A stretch of 64,000 nt of DNA from an uncultured candidate division Zixibacteria bacterium (GCA_963664195.1 OY760907.1:2848001-2912000); one strand, 5' to 3'. Counted from the stretch's first letter, positions 17,835-27,926 are shown. The notes: generated by a model from the letters alone, not told the origin. A program made the numbers and translations.

Positions 17835-17861
17835 TCAAGATTCTCTCTGAATTTCCGATAC
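17835..17861 (+). promoter_or_regulatory. Putative sigma28-like promoter for pilT
   Basis: TCAAG-N14-TCCGATAC. Confidence 0.4.
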
Positions 17862-17918
17862 TAATATTGTAGCTATCTGCCTGCCCGCAGGCCGTCCTTT
17901 TATTTACAGGAGCGATAG

Positions 17919-18995
17919 ATGATATCGTTGCGCGAGTTGCTTGAGCAAATGGTTCAGATGGGAGCATCTGACCTTCACCTGACTGTTGGTTCTCCGCCCG
18001 TCGTGCGTGTTGACGGGAAACTCCAGAGAATGCCCCATGATATGCTCACGGCCGAAGTGATAAAGAAGGTTGCCTACTCGATGCTTAACGAGAAGCAGAA
18101 GCTGAAGTTTGAGCAGAACTGGGAGCTGGATTTTTCCTTTGGCATTGAATCGATGAGCCGGTTCCGTGCGAACATGTTCATGCAGCGCGGGAATATCGCG
18201 GTCGCACTGCGGCAGATTCCGTACAAGATTCGCACGTTCGAAGAACTCGACCTCCCGAAGGTGATAGCGGAATTCGCCAAGCTTCCTCGCGGCCTTGTGC
18301 TGGTGACCGGTCCGACCGGGTCCGGCAAGTCTACCACGCTGGCGTCGATTATTGACAAGATCAATCGCGAGCGCCCGGTCCATATTATTACGGTCGAAGA
18401 CCCGATCGAGTATCTCCATCGTCACCAGACAGCGCTTATCAATCAGCGGGAAGTGTACTCAGACACGCCGTCGTTTTCATCGGCGCTCAAGTACGCGTTG
18501 CGTGAGGATCCTGACGTCGTGCTGGTGGGCGAGATGCGCGACCTTGAGACAATCGAGGCGGCCCTGTCGATATCCGAAACGGGTCACCTCGCCTTTGCCA
18601 CGCTGCACACTAACTCCTGCGCTGAGACGATCAACCGCATCGTAGATGTTTTTCCGACGAATCAGCAGGAGCAGATTCGGGTAGCGTTGTCTTTCTGTCT
18701 CCAGGCGGTGGTGTCGCAAACGCTTATTCCCAAGGTTGGCGGGGGACGTGCGCTGGCGCTGGAGATTATGATTGCCACGCCGGCAATCCGGGCGATTGTG
18801 AGAGACGACAAAATACACCAGTTGTACTCCATGATACAGTCGGGGCAGAAGTTTGGCATGAAGACGATGAACCAGTCGCTGGGCGATCTGTACCAGGCGG
18901 GCAAGATAACGTTGAATGATGCGATGAGTTACTCAGGTGATCCGCAGGAACTGAGCGAGATGCTTTCTCGCAACAAAGTACCTTCGTTCAGTTAA
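17919..18995 (+). CDS. pilT: Type IV pilus retraction ATPase PilT
   Basis: ASDLHL, GPTGSGKST, EDPIE, LREDPD, ETGHL..TLHT, AIRAIVRD (AIRNLIRE-like). Confidence 0.94.
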   Translation: MISLRELLEQMVQMGASDLHLTVGSPPVVRVDGKLQRMPHDMLTAEVIKKVAYSMLNEKQKLKFEQNWELDFSFGIESMSRFRANMFMQRGNIAVALRQIPYKIRTFEELDLPKVIAEFAKLPRGLVLVTGPTGSGKSTTLASIIDKINRERPVHIITVEDPIEYLHRHQTALINQREVYSDTPSFSSALKYALREDPDVVLVGEMRDLETIEAALSISETGHLAFATLHTNSCAETINRIVDVFPTNQQEQIRVALSFCLQAVVSQTLIPKVGGGRALALEIMIATPAIRAIVRDDKIHQLYSMIQSGQKFGMKTMNQSLGDLYQAGKITLNDAMSYSGDPQELSEMLSRNKVPSFS

Positions 18996-19025
18996 GGCCC
19001 CACGGCCAGGAAAGGAAAATTGCTG

Positions 19026-20222
19026 ATGCCAGTCTTTGAATACAAGGGAAAGACACTCGCCGGGGCGGCCGTACAGGGTTCGATGAAGGCCAACAGCCGT
19101 GACGATCTCGAGCGTGTGCTCAGGCAGAATCGCATCCTCGTCAAGTCGATCACCCGGAAGGCTCCGGATATCAATATCAAGTTCGGTACCGGGATCAAGC
19201 GCATTGAGATATCCCGGTTCACCCGGCAGTTTGCGACCATGATCGGAGCCGGTCTTCCCATGGTGCAGTGCCTTGACATTCTCTCGGCGCAGACCGAAAA
19301 CCCGGAGATGGCCAAGATTGTGACGCAGGTGCGCGACGGCGTTCAGGGGGGCGCAACGCTCTCTGATGCCATGAAACGGCACTCGAAGATTTTCGATGAT
19401 CTGTATACCAATATGGTGGAGGCCGGTGAAGTCGGCGGCGCTCTGGACGCAATTCTGGTGCGTTTGGCCGTGTACCGTGAGAAGGCCGACCAACTGCTGA
19501 GGAAAGTGAAGGGTGCGATGGTGTACCCGGCGGTGGTCGTGTTTGTTGCCGTAAGCGTAACTATTGGTATGCTTACTTTCATCGTTCCGGTATTCGCCAA
19601 GATGTTTGCCGGTATGGGCGCTGAACTTCCGGCCCCGACGCTGGTCGTGCTGGCGATATCCAATTTCCTGAAATCAAACTTCCTCTATATTCTGGTGGGG
19701 CTTGGCGGCTTCATGGCCGGCTTTGTGGCGTGGAAGAAGACGCCCAACGGAGCCTTGACGGTAGATAAGATAATGCTCCGAGTGCCTGTTCTGGGTAACC
19801 TGGTGCGGAAATCCTCTGTGGCCAGATTCACCCGGACGTTGAGCACGTTGCTGGCTTCCGGTGTGTCGATTCTGGAAGCTCTGGAGATCACTGCCAAGAC
19901 AGCGGGTAACCTCGTTGTGGCAAAGGCTATCAACAAATCGGTTCTGGCGATTGCCGAGGGCGACACAATTACCGGTCCGCTGAAAGCCTCCGGTGTGTTT
20001 CCTCCGATGGTGACTCAGATGATTGGAGTCGGTGAAAAAACGGGTGGTCTCGACGAGATGCTCAACAAGATTGCCGATTTCTACGATGAAGAGGTCGATG
20101 AGGCGGTGACGGCGCTCACCTCGGTGATAGAGCCGATCATCATCGTGTTCATGGGTATTGCGATTGGTGGTATCATGATCGCCATGTACCTGCCGATGTT
20201 CGACATCATTGGTAAGTTCTAG
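19026..20222 (+). CDS. pilC: Type IV pilus platform protein PilC (GspF family)
   Basis: FTRQFATMIGAG, AGEVGGAL, KVKGAMVYP, GEKTGGLDEML, IEPIIIV..AMYLPMF. Confidence 0.94.
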   Translation: MPVFEYKGKTLAGAAVQGSMKANSRDDLERVLRQNRILVKSITRKAPDINIKFGTGIKRIEISRFTRQFATMIGAGLPMVQCLDILSAQTENPEMAKIVTQVRDGVQGGATLSDAMKRHSKIFDDLYTNMVEAGEVGGALDAILVRLAVYREKADQLLRKVKGAMVYPAVVVFVAVSVTIGMLTFIVPVFAKMFAGMGAELPAPTLVVLAISNFLKSNFLYILVGLGGFMAGFVAWKKTPNGALTVDKIMLRVPVLGNLVRKSSVARFTRTLSTLLASGVSILEALEITAKTAGNLVVAKAINKSVLAIAEGDTITGPLKASGVFPPMVTQMIGVGEKTGGLDEMLNKIADFYDEEVDEAVTALTSVIEPIIIVFMGIAIGGIMIAMYLPMFDIIGKF

Positions 20223-20282
20223 GCAGGTGATTAGCTCCTGCGGGTGGTCAGAGTGAATCACAGATAAACTAGTGAATTAAGG

Positions 20283-20314
20283 AAGCGGCACCTTTGGGGT
20301 GCCGCTTGCGTTTT
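20283..20314 (+). terminator. Hairpin/terminator after pilC
   Basis: aagcggcacc-tttg-gggtgccgctt followed by gcgtttt. Confidence 0.55.
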
Positions 20315-22030
20315 ATGTCCGATCGCATAGATATAAGACGGCAGGGGCTGTTTCTCCCACTCAGGTTGGCGTCGTACGTCATTCTGATGGTGGTGGTGGT
20401 AGGCTGGATGCAGTATCCGGCGTATCTTCAGACACCGATTACGATATATTCAGTGTTGACCCTGGCATTTGCGGTCAGTCTCGGGTTGGAACGACGTTTC
20501 AATCTGCGGCGACTCGGTCTTATCCTCATTGCACTCCAGACGGTTTCTGAGATCGCCATTGAGTCCGGCGTGATCTATGCCACCGGCAACGTGAATTCAC
20601 CGTTTTCAGCAATGTTCGTACTGACAATAGTCTCGGCAGCGCTAGCGTATCGGATGGTCGGAACATTGCTAGTGGCAACGCTTGTGTCAGTATCTTATGC
20701 GTTCATCATCTGGCTGGGATTGGCGCAGACGGGCGACACCGGCCTGCGCATAGACGTCTTGAAAACGATTTTTGCTTCAAACGAGCCCGTTTTCTACGGC
20801 ATTATTCTTCACATTCTGATATTCTATCTTACCGCGTTTGTCTCGGGCTATCTGGCCGAGCGACTCAGCAGTCAGGACCGGAAACTTGAGGACGCCTCGG
20901 TTGCCCTCAAGCGGGCCCAGCTTGAGACCGATGACATACTTGCTCACTTGAACTCTGGGCTGCTGACGATTGACTCTGCCGGGTACATCATCTATTTCAA
21001 CCGTGCTGCGGAGCGGATTCTCGGGTATCGTGAGGAGATTGTGAAGGGGATGCTTTGTCGCGAGGTGTTTTCCGAACGGATGCCGGCACTGGCTGAGAGT
21101 CTGATGGACGGAGTTCAGCAGCGCATCGCTTACCCGCGCCGTGAGATGACGATCATTGTCGCGGACAACCGCTCCATTCCGTTGGGACTGTCCACCTCGA
21201 TACTTAAGGACGAGCAGGGGCAACTCAGGGGAGTGATCGCCATTTTCTCAGATATTACTGAGGCCAAGCGACTGGAGCACAAGGTGCGGGCAAACGACCG
21301 CCTGGCGGCAATCGGTGAGTTGTCGGCCTCGATCGCGCATGAAATTCGCAATCCATTGGCAGCTATTTCCGGTTCTGTAGAAGTGCTGGAAAAGGAGTTG
21401 TCACTCGAAGGGCCTAATGCCCGCCTCATGGCGCTGATTCTCAAGGAGTCTCAGCGGCTAAACAAGATTCTGAGCGAATTTCTGACCTATGCCAGAGTGA
21501 GCCGTCCTGCGTACAACAAAGTGGAACTCTGTCACCTGATCGGTGATATCTGTGAACTCATGCGCGTCCACGAGGATGTATCCGAGAGCTTCAATATCCG
21601 TTTCGAGAGCGACGAGTCGATTGTGTATGTGGTCGGGGATGAGGATATGTTGAAGCAGCTTCTGATGAATCTCGCCATGAATGCCTGCGAGGCGCTTGAT
21701 GGTTCTCCGGGAGAGTTGGTGTTCCGGTTGACTGCTGATGTCGGCAGCGAAGTCGTCACGTTGTTCGTATCAGACAACGGTCCGGGGATTGAACCGGTAC
21801 ACCTGGACAAGATTTACCAGCCTTTCTATTCCACCAAGAAGCAGGGGACAGGTCTCGGTCTGGCAATCGTGCACCGTATCAGCAGTGCGCTCAAGTTAAA
21901 GCTCCGGATTGACTCTGTGCCTGGTCATGGCACGACTTTTGCAATCCAATTCCGCAGTTACTCTCAGGACAGAGCCTCGGCCGCTGCCTCGACCGGAGTG
22001 TCTGAGGGTGTACCTTCTCCGGTAGCTTAG
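20315..22030 (+). CDS. PilS-like membrane PAS sensor histidine kinase
   Basis: Multi-TM N-terminus, PAS (NRAAERILG), H-box IAHEIRNPL, N-box NLAMNA, DNGPG, PFYSTK..GTGLGL. Confidence 0.88.
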   Translation: MSDRIDIRRQGLFLPLRLASYVILMVVVVGWMQYPAYLQTPITIYSVLTLAFAVSLGLERRFNLRRLGLILIALQTVSEIAIESGVIYATGNVNSPFSAMFVLTIVSAALAYRMVGTLLVATLVSVSYAFIIWLGLAQTGDTGLRIDVLKTIFASNEPVFYGIILHILIFYLTAFVSGYLAERLSSQDRKLEDASVALKRAQLETDDILAHLNSGLLTIDSAGYIIYFNRAAERILGYREEIVKGMLCREVFSERMPALAESLMDGVQQRIAYPRREMTIIVADNRSIPLGLSTSILKDEQGQLRGVIAIFSDITEAKRLEHKVRANDRLAAIGELSASIAHEIRNPLAAISGSVEVLEKELSLEGPNARLMALILKESQRLNKILSEFLTYARVSRPAYNKVELCHLIGDICELMRVHEDVSESFNIRFESDESIVYVVGDEDMLKQLLMNLAMNACEALDGSPGELVFRLTADVGSEVVTLFVSDNGPGIEPVHLDKIYQPFYSTKKQGTGLGLAIVHRISSALKLKLRIDSVPGHGTTFAIQFRSYSQDRASAAASTGVSEGVPSPVA

Positions 22031-22104
22031 TTCGATTTTGGCTTGGCAAACCGGCTCTATTTCCATAACTTACCACACTTAATGATTTGCTAACGGAGTG
22101 TGGT

Positions 22105-23862
22105 ATGTTGCGATCTGTTGTAAGGTTTTTTGTTTTAGCGGCCTTCCTTCTTGTCCTTGTGGCCGGCTGTGGCAAACTGCCGGTTCTAACGAGCGAGTCT
22201 ATCAACGAACACAATTATAATGTAGCGGTGTGGAACGACGATTCCCATCTTACCGCAGCTCAGTTGTACAATATGGTTCTGCTCCGGACGCCGACAGAGC
22301 CCGCCGGTATTCTCGATGACGCTGTGACCCGGCGGATTCGAGACAGCGTGTTGATGGATACGCTGGCCGGGCTTGAAGCCTCTGACTACGATTTGTCGCA
22401 GAACTGGTTCGAGTACCGGAGCTGGCGCGATCAGGTCTACAACACGATGGTCACCACATTTTGGCAGAAGATGATCTCTGACTCTATCGTTGTAGATACT
22501 TCCGATGTTCTCGAGTACTACGAGAGCAATCCTGATATTTTCTACGTTGCCGAACAAGTGGATTTGTATCAGATTCTATGCAGTCCGAAGAGCCTGGAGA
22601 TCGGTGCTGATTCGGTCTGGTTTGAGTCGCTTTCGATGGCTGAACGCTGGGCACTGGCGAAAGAGTATTGCGAAAACGTACATCGCGTGCTGGACTACGG
22701 AGAGCCATTTGAGAACACGGCGCTGAGGTACTCACATGATGCAATGTCCCGCAATCGGGGTGGACACCTCGGCTGGACGCCGCGGGGAGTTTATCCTGAC
22801 CCGTTTGATTCCATCGCTTTTTCGCTGAAACCGGGGGAGTATTCTGAACCGTACGTTGACAATCTTGGCTGGCACATATTGCTTGTTGACGGGCACTACC
22901 AGGCCGGTCCGATGTCGCTTGATTCCGCAGGGGTTTGGGATGCTGCAGTAAACACGGTCAGGAATATCCGGTTCAACGAACGCGGCGCCGTGCTCATGGA
23001 CAGCTTGATGGGGGCGCTGCAGCTTGAGCTCAACGAATCAGCCATGGAAGCGGACCACACTGAGCTCGAAGACCAGACTTGGATGGCTGTGGTCAACGGC
23101 ATTGATACGATCGACTTCTTGCGATACCAGGGTGCCGAGGAGCCTCTGCTCAGGGATGAAATCAAGCTTACTCTGCGAGAAATCCGGGAAGGGCTGGCCC
23201 GTGAGTTTGCCAAAAGGTATGTGGTCGTGCAGCTAGCCCGACAACACGGGGTGGACACACTGCCTGAGATCGTGGAGTTGTCCAACAGAATCAGACATGA
23301 AAAATCCAAGGCCCTGATTCTCAAGGGGGCCAGTTGCATTCCGGTGGAACCTTCGGACAGCGCAATTGAGGCGTATCGTCTGGCCCACATTGAGGAATTC
23401 GATCCCTCGCAGCCGCTCACTATGCATGAGTTGGTTGTGCAGGATTCAGCCCTGGCGGCGTTCCTCCTGGAGCAGGCAGAGACCGGGATGGAACTCAAGG
23501 ATCTGGTCGAAGAGTACAAGGCACAGGGGTACGACATTCGCTACAGAGACCTCGGCAAGGTGGGAAAGGTCGAACTGGGCGAGAAGTACTTCGCAGTCGC
23601 TCGTGCCACGAGGGCAGGGAAAGTGAACAAGTTCAAGGCTGAGGATGGCTTCCGGGTGTTCCGGGTGACCGACAACCGGAGCCCGAAGGCTCGTGCGCTC
23701 ATAACTTCCGACATACGCACGCGGCTGAAGAAGCAACAGCGTGTGGATGTCTGGAAGGCGTTCCGCGATACTATTTTTGCTCGTCACGGTGTGAAGCTCC
23801 TGAACCTGCCTGCAATCGAGTTGCCACCCGGAGCTGAGCGGGCAGCGGCAGTCGGCAGATGA
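22105..23862 (+). CDS. Parvulin-type peptidyl-prolyl isomerase lipoprotein (SurA/PrsA-like)
   Basis: Lipobox LVAGC; FENTALRYSHD..RGGHLGW..FDSIAFSLKPGEYSEP..GWHIL; second degenerate PPIase domain. Confidence 0.82.
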   Translation: MLRSVVRFFVLAAFLLVLVAGCGKLPVLTSESINEHNYNVAVWNDDSHLTAAQLYNMVLLRTPTEPAGILDDAVTRRIRDSVLMDTLAGLEASDYDLSQNWFEYRSWRDQVYNTMVTTFWQKMISDSIVVDTSDVLEYYESNPDIFYVAEQVDLYQILCSPKSLEIGADSVWFESLSMAERWALAKEYCENVHRVLDYGEPFENTALRYSHDAMSRNRGGHLGWTPRGVYPDPFDSIAFSLKPGEYSEPYVDNLGWHILLVDGHYQAGPMSLDSAGVWDAAVNTVRNIRFNERGAVLMDSLMGALQLELNESAMEADHTELEDQTWMAVVNGIDTIDFLRYQGAEEPLLRDEIKLTLREIREGLAREFAKRYVVVQLARQHGVDTLPEIVELSNRIRHEKSKALILKGASCIPVEPSDSAIEAYRLAHIEEFDPSQPLTMHELVVQDSALAAFLLEQAETGMELKDLVEEYKAQGYDIRYRDLGKVGKVELGEKYFAVARATRAGKVNKFKAEDGFRVFRVTDNRSPKARALITSDIRTRLKKQQRVDVWKAFRDTIFARHGVKLLNLPAIELPPGAERAAAVGR

Positions 23863-24497
23863 TAGCTGCCAACGACGGCGTACAAGAGGCTCCGGAACAG
23901 ATTCCGTTTGGTCAGGAGGTTCTTCGCAAGACCACGCATATGTTTGCGCTGGTGATTCCAGGAGGATACCATTTTCTGGAGTTGAGCAAGACCGGCATGC
24001 TCCAGATTATGGTGCCGATAGCGGTCCTGATGATCATGATTGACATCGCCCGACTGCGCAATCGGGGATTGTGGCGTAACCTTGCCCGGCCGTTCTGGGG
24101 AAAGATGATTCGCGATCACGAGGTGACCGGAGATTTCACCGGTGCTACCTACATTCTGCTATCCGTCTGTTGCACCGTGGTCCTGTATGACAAGTATATT
24201 GCGATAATGGCGCTGGCGTTCATAATAGTCGGCGACACGTTTGCGGCGTTGATCGGACGCAAGTTTGGCCGCCACCGGTTCGGGCGAAAGTCGATAGAAG
24301 GTTCTCTCGGTTGTCTGGCCGGAACGGTTGCCGTGGCCTTTCTGGTACCTCACGTACCTTTTGCAGCCGGCTTGTTTGGGGCCGTTGTAGCAACTGTCAC
24401 CGAGGCTGCTTCGACCAATATCGATGACAATATCTCGGTGCCGGTTGTTTCCGGGCTTGCCATGACGCTTTACGTAGCTGTCTCAAGTGCTGCTTAA
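23859..24497 (+). CDS. SEC59/DGK1/VTE5-family (dolichol/phytol/diacylglycerol kinase-like) membrane protein
   Basis: LRKTTH, GDTFAALIGRKFG..KSIEGS, DDNISVP. Confidence 0.85.
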   Translation: MIAANDGVQEAPEQIPFGQEVLRKTTHMFALVIPGGYHFLELSKTGMLQIMVPIAVLMIMIDIARLRNRGLWRNLARPFWGKMIRDHEVTGDFTGATYILLSVCCTVVLYDKYIAIMALAFIIVGDTFAALIGRKFGRHRFGRKSIEGSLGCLAGTVAVAFLVPHVPFAAGLFGAVVATVTEAASTNIDDNISVPVVSGLAMTLYVAVSSAA

Positions 24498-24688
24498 TAA
24501 TACGTTCTTTTCTCGTTGGCAGTCGGCTAGTTAGCTCACTTTTCCGGTGAGGTTTCTGTCGTTCGTTAATGACTTCGTAACGGTTTCCTAAAATTCTTGT
24601 AGCCCAACAGGGATCCCTGTGCGTATAATCCTTTGATCGATGCGACTTCATTGACGGAGTATCCTCTCAAATCACCGGAGGTGTCTGA

Positions 24689-24898
24689 ATGTGCAAAGGC
24701 AAAGTCAAGTATTTCAACGAGTACAAAGGTTGGGGTATTATTGCCAACAACAGTGAAATGGCTGAGGACGTGTATGTCCATTACACCGCAATCAATATGG
24801 ACGGCTACAAAACACTCAGGGAAGGACAGGAAGTCCTTTACGATCTTACTCGCACCGATACAGGCCCGCGTGCTCAAAACGTGACTTTGGCCCGGTAG
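24689..24898 (+). CDS. Cold-shock domain protein
   Basis: GKVKYFNEYKGWGII, DVYVHYTAI..GYKTLREGQEV, GPRAQNV. Confidence 0.92.
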   Translation: MCKGKVKYFNEYKGWGIIANNSEMAEDVYVHYTAINMDGYKTLREGQEVLYDLTRTDTGPRAQNVTLAR

Positions 24899-24917
24899 TT
24901 TCTTTCCAGAAGTTTTT

Positions 24918-24946
24918 AAAGACCCGCCTTCGGCGGGTCTTTTTTT
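24918..24946 (+). terminator. Intrinsic terminator after the csp gene
   Basis: aaagacccgcc-ttc-ggcgggtcttttttt. Confidence 0.85.
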
Positions 24947-25092
24947 GCCCGATTTCGGGGCTGGTCCTTTCTGCAAACGAGTTTTCGTCAGGTGGGCGCC
25001 CTTCTAGGAGCACACTATTGCGTGCCGCGCGCGGGGTTCTGGTCGGTAGTTCTCGCTTACCACGAGCCTTTGTAATACTTATATTGCCGCTC

Positions 25093-26121
25093 ATGAAGTA
25101 TATCGATTTGCGATCCGACACCGTGACCCGCCCCTCGGAGGCGATGCGTCAGGCCATGGCCACCGCCGAGGTGGGCGACGATGTTTTTGGCGACGATCCG
25201 ACCGTCAACGAACTGCAAAGATATGTCGCCGAGTTGTTTGAGCGTGAGGCCGCGCTCTACGTCCCCTCGGGAACGATGGGCAACCAGATATGTTTGAAGA
25301 CCCACAGCCAGCCCGGCTGGGAGCTGCTCTGTGACCGTGAGTGCCACGTGGTCAATTATGAAACCGGCGGCCCGGTAATTCACTCCCAATTGATGGTCAA
25401 CCTGATTTCGACCGATCGGGGGATGATATCTGCTGATACGGTCAGGAAGCTGGTACGCCCCAAGAATCTGCACTGTCCGGAAACGAAGATGGTGGAGCTT
25501 GAAAACACGCACAACCATCGCGGCGGCACGATCCTTCCGCAGGATGATATTCTGAAAGTCCGTGCGGTGTGTGATGAGTTCGGATTGATATTTCACCTCG
25601 ACGGCGCCCGGATTTGGAACGCGCATGTCGCTACTGGAATGTCGTTGCCTGAATTGACCCGGCCCTTTGATTCGCTGTCTGTTTGTTTGTCCAAGGGGCT
25701 CGGAGCCCCGATTGGGTCGGTGATTATGGGAACGAGGGAGTTTATCGAGAAGGCACGGCGTACGCGCAAGCTTTTTGGCGGGGCCATGCGTCAGGTGGGG
25801 ATTCTTGCCGCCGCCGGACTTTACGCGCTGAAAAACAACATCCCGCGTCTTTCTGAAGATCATGAGAACGCATGGGGGTTGGCTGAGAGCCTGAGTCAGC
25901 TGAATGTCTTCGAAGTCGATCTGAGCCGGGTCGAGACCAATATTGTGCTGGTCGATATTGCAACCGATGAGTCAGCCGAATCGATGATGGCTCGATTGGC
26001 TGAGATTGGGGTGGGCTGTGTGCAGTTTGGACCAAGGACGCTGCGGTTCGTGACGCATCTTGACGTTTCCCGTGCGGCGTGCGAAGAAGCAGTCTGGCGG
26101 ATCAAAAAACTGGTCGGGTAA
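25093..26121 (+). CDS. ltaE: Low-specificity L-threonine aldolase
   Basis: IDLRSDTVT, VGDDVFGDDPT, SGTMGNQ, ENTHN, HLDGARIWNA, CLSKGLGAP. Confidence 0.92.
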   Translation: MKYIDLRSDTVTRPSEAMRQAMATAEVGDDVFGDDPTVNELQRYVAELFEREAALYVPSGTMGNQICLKTHSQPGWELLCDRECHVVNYETGGPVIHSQLMVNLISTDRGMISADTVRKLVRPKNLHCPETKMVELENTHNHRGGTILPQDDILKVRAVCDEFGLIFHLDGARIWNAHVATGMSLPELTRPFDSLSVCLSKGLGAPIGSVIMGTREFIEKARRTRKLFGGAMRQVGILAAAGLYALKNNIPRLSEDHENAWGLAESLSQLNVFEVDLSRVETNIVLVDIATDESAESMMARLAEIGVGCVQFGPRTLRFVTHLDVSRAACEEAVWRIKKLVG

Positions 26122-26138
26122 TTCTGGAGAATGAGATA

Positions 26139-27068
26139 ATGCGGCGCATGGTCCCGGTTGCCGTTATTTTGCTTGCAGTCTTGCTGTGCGGATGTTCCGA
26201 CGATAGCAAGGAAGTCTTTGCTGTTGACGAAACGTACATCACCGGCGGGTTTGCCGACGTTTCTCCCGATGGTCGGTATGGGTTGATCGTCGGCACGCTG
26301 ATAGTGGGGGGGATTGCTCAGCCGGTACTGCAGATTGTCTGCGTGGTTGATTACGAGACGTTTGAGTATTCCGTTTTGCAGACGATCAGGGGAGCAACCG
26401 GCGGTGCGCATTTCTGCGGCCTCAATCAGGTAGCGTATGTGCGGTCCGATGTCGACAGCGTGAAGCTAATGACGTTTGATATGGGGGAACCGGATTATGA
26501 AGAGACGCTTCTGAGCTGTTCACCCGCTGATTTGCGATTTCCGCTTTCGGACAAGTTCCGGATGCAGGTTGGAGTCCCGGTAGTGTGCATGGAGTCCGGG
26601 AGTAGTCAGATGGTCTATCGCGTGGCACAGAACGGTGAGTTGATGAACATTCGGACGCTGGACAACGCCGCGTTTCCATCGTTTGCCAGCGGAAGCGATG
26701 AACTGTTTTACTTCGCTAATCAGTATGACAAAGAGGGGCAGTCCAAAGTATGGCAGGCGACGCTGGTCGCGTACGACTATGTGGAAGACAGTATCGATAC
26801 GCTTTTCGGGGCACAGAGCTGCTTCGGGACTATCATAGCGCCCGAGGGTGAAGACGCTGTCTATTTCCAATCCTCGATGCCTGAGTTTGATGCTACGAAC
26901 GTCTGGAAGTACAACAGGGCAAACGGCAGGCTGGCCCAAATAACGGACGTCGCGCCGCGCGAGTTTGTCTCGAATTTCCATGTTGTCGGCGATTCGATTG
27001 CGGCTCTGGTGAAAGACCCGAGTCGCGATTCAGATCGTCAGTATCGCTACGTGATGTACAGTCGATAG
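26139..27068 (+). CDS. Hypothetical lipoprotein, TolB-like beta-propeller
   Basis: Lipobox LLCGC; DVSPDG, FPSFASGSDELFY, APEGEDAVYF blade-like motifs. Confidence 0.6.
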   Translation: MRRMVPVAVILLAVLLCGCSDDSKEVFAVDETYITGGFADVSPDGRYGLIVGTLIVGGIAQPVLQIVCVVDYETFEYSVLQTIRGATGGAHFCGLNQVAYVRSDVDSVKLMTFDMGEPDYEETLLSCSPADLRFPLSDKFRMQVGVPVVCMESGSSQMVYRVAQNGELMNIRTLDNAAFPSFASGSDELFYFANQYDKEGQSKVWQATLVAYDYVEDSIDTLFGAQSCFGTIIAPEGEDAVYFQSSMPEFDATNVWKYNRANGRLAQITDVAPREFVSNFHVVGDSIAALVKDPSRDSDRQYRYVMYSR

Positions 27069-27080
27069 TTGGGAAGCAGC

Positions 27081-27857
27081 ATGACAGCTAACAGTCTCAC
27101 GATTCTCGGTTCCGGCTCAGGTATTCCACAGCCGGATCGAGCCTGTTCGGGGTATTTGCTCAAGACGGGGGAGAGCCTGAGCCTGTTTGACTGCGGAAGC
27201 GGAGTGGCCTCTTCGTTTCTCAGGTGCGGGTTTGATCCCGCACGGCTCGATCGAGTGTTCATCAGTCATGCGCACTCCGATCATGTTTCCGATCTGACCG
27301 TGTTGATCCAAATGCTTCACGGTCTGAGTGTCGAGCGACGACTGGACGTATTTCTGCCGGCGGAGTTTGTGGAACCGTTCGAGGCGTATCTGAATTCAGT
27401 GTATCTGATTCGTGATCGTCTTCGTCTGGACCTGGCAGTAGAGGCGTACGCCGAAGGTGTCGTGCATCAAGACGACTTCAAACTGACCGCGATCTCTAAC
27501 ACTCACATTGCCCCGTCGAAGTTTGCAGAGCACATTAAGCGTAACAACCTGCCAAACAGGATGCAGAGCTACAGTTTCAAGATTGAAGTGGGGGAGAGGT
27601 CGCTTCTGTACTCGGCCGATATTGGTAGTCTCGATGATATCGTCGATCACTTGTCGGGGGTTGATTTTGCTCTGATCGAGGCGACCCATATCGACATGCA
27701 ACAGCTCTTTGCACCTGTTCGCGAGTTCAATGCCGGGCAGTATGTGCTGACGCATCTGGGGAATAAGGAGACGCTGGCACAGTTGCAGCGTCAGGTGGTC
27801 GATTCGGGTTTGGAGAATGCTGTTTTTGCCGAAGAGGGGATGCGGCTGGAGTTGTGA
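27081..27857 (+). CDS. MBL-fold metallohydrolase (RNase Z/BN-like)
   Basis: LTILGSGSG, FDCGSG, SHAHSDH, YSAD, LTH. Confidence 0.85.
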   Translation: MTANSLTILGSGSGIPQPDRACSGYLLKTGESLSLFDCGSGVASSFLRCGFDPARLDRVFISHAHSDHVSDLTVLIQMLHGLSVERRLDVFLPAEFVEPFEAYLNSVYLIRDRLRLDLAVEAYAEGVVHQDDFKLTAISNTHIAPSKFAEHIKRNNLPNRMQSYSFKIEVGERSLLYSADIGSLDDIVDHLSGVDFALIEATHIDMQQLFAPVREFNAGQYVLTHLGNKETLAQLQRQVVDSGLENAVFAEEGMRLEL

Positions 27858-27894
27858 TCGTCTGACCATGGTACCATCACGTTTGTGACAGACT

Positions 27895-27926
27895 AAAAAC
27901 GCCCCGGAGATTCTGCGGGGCGTTTT
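27895..27926. terminator. Bidirectional intrinsic terminator between convergent genes
   Basis: aaaaacgccccg-gagattctg-cggggcgtttt. Confidence 0.8.
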
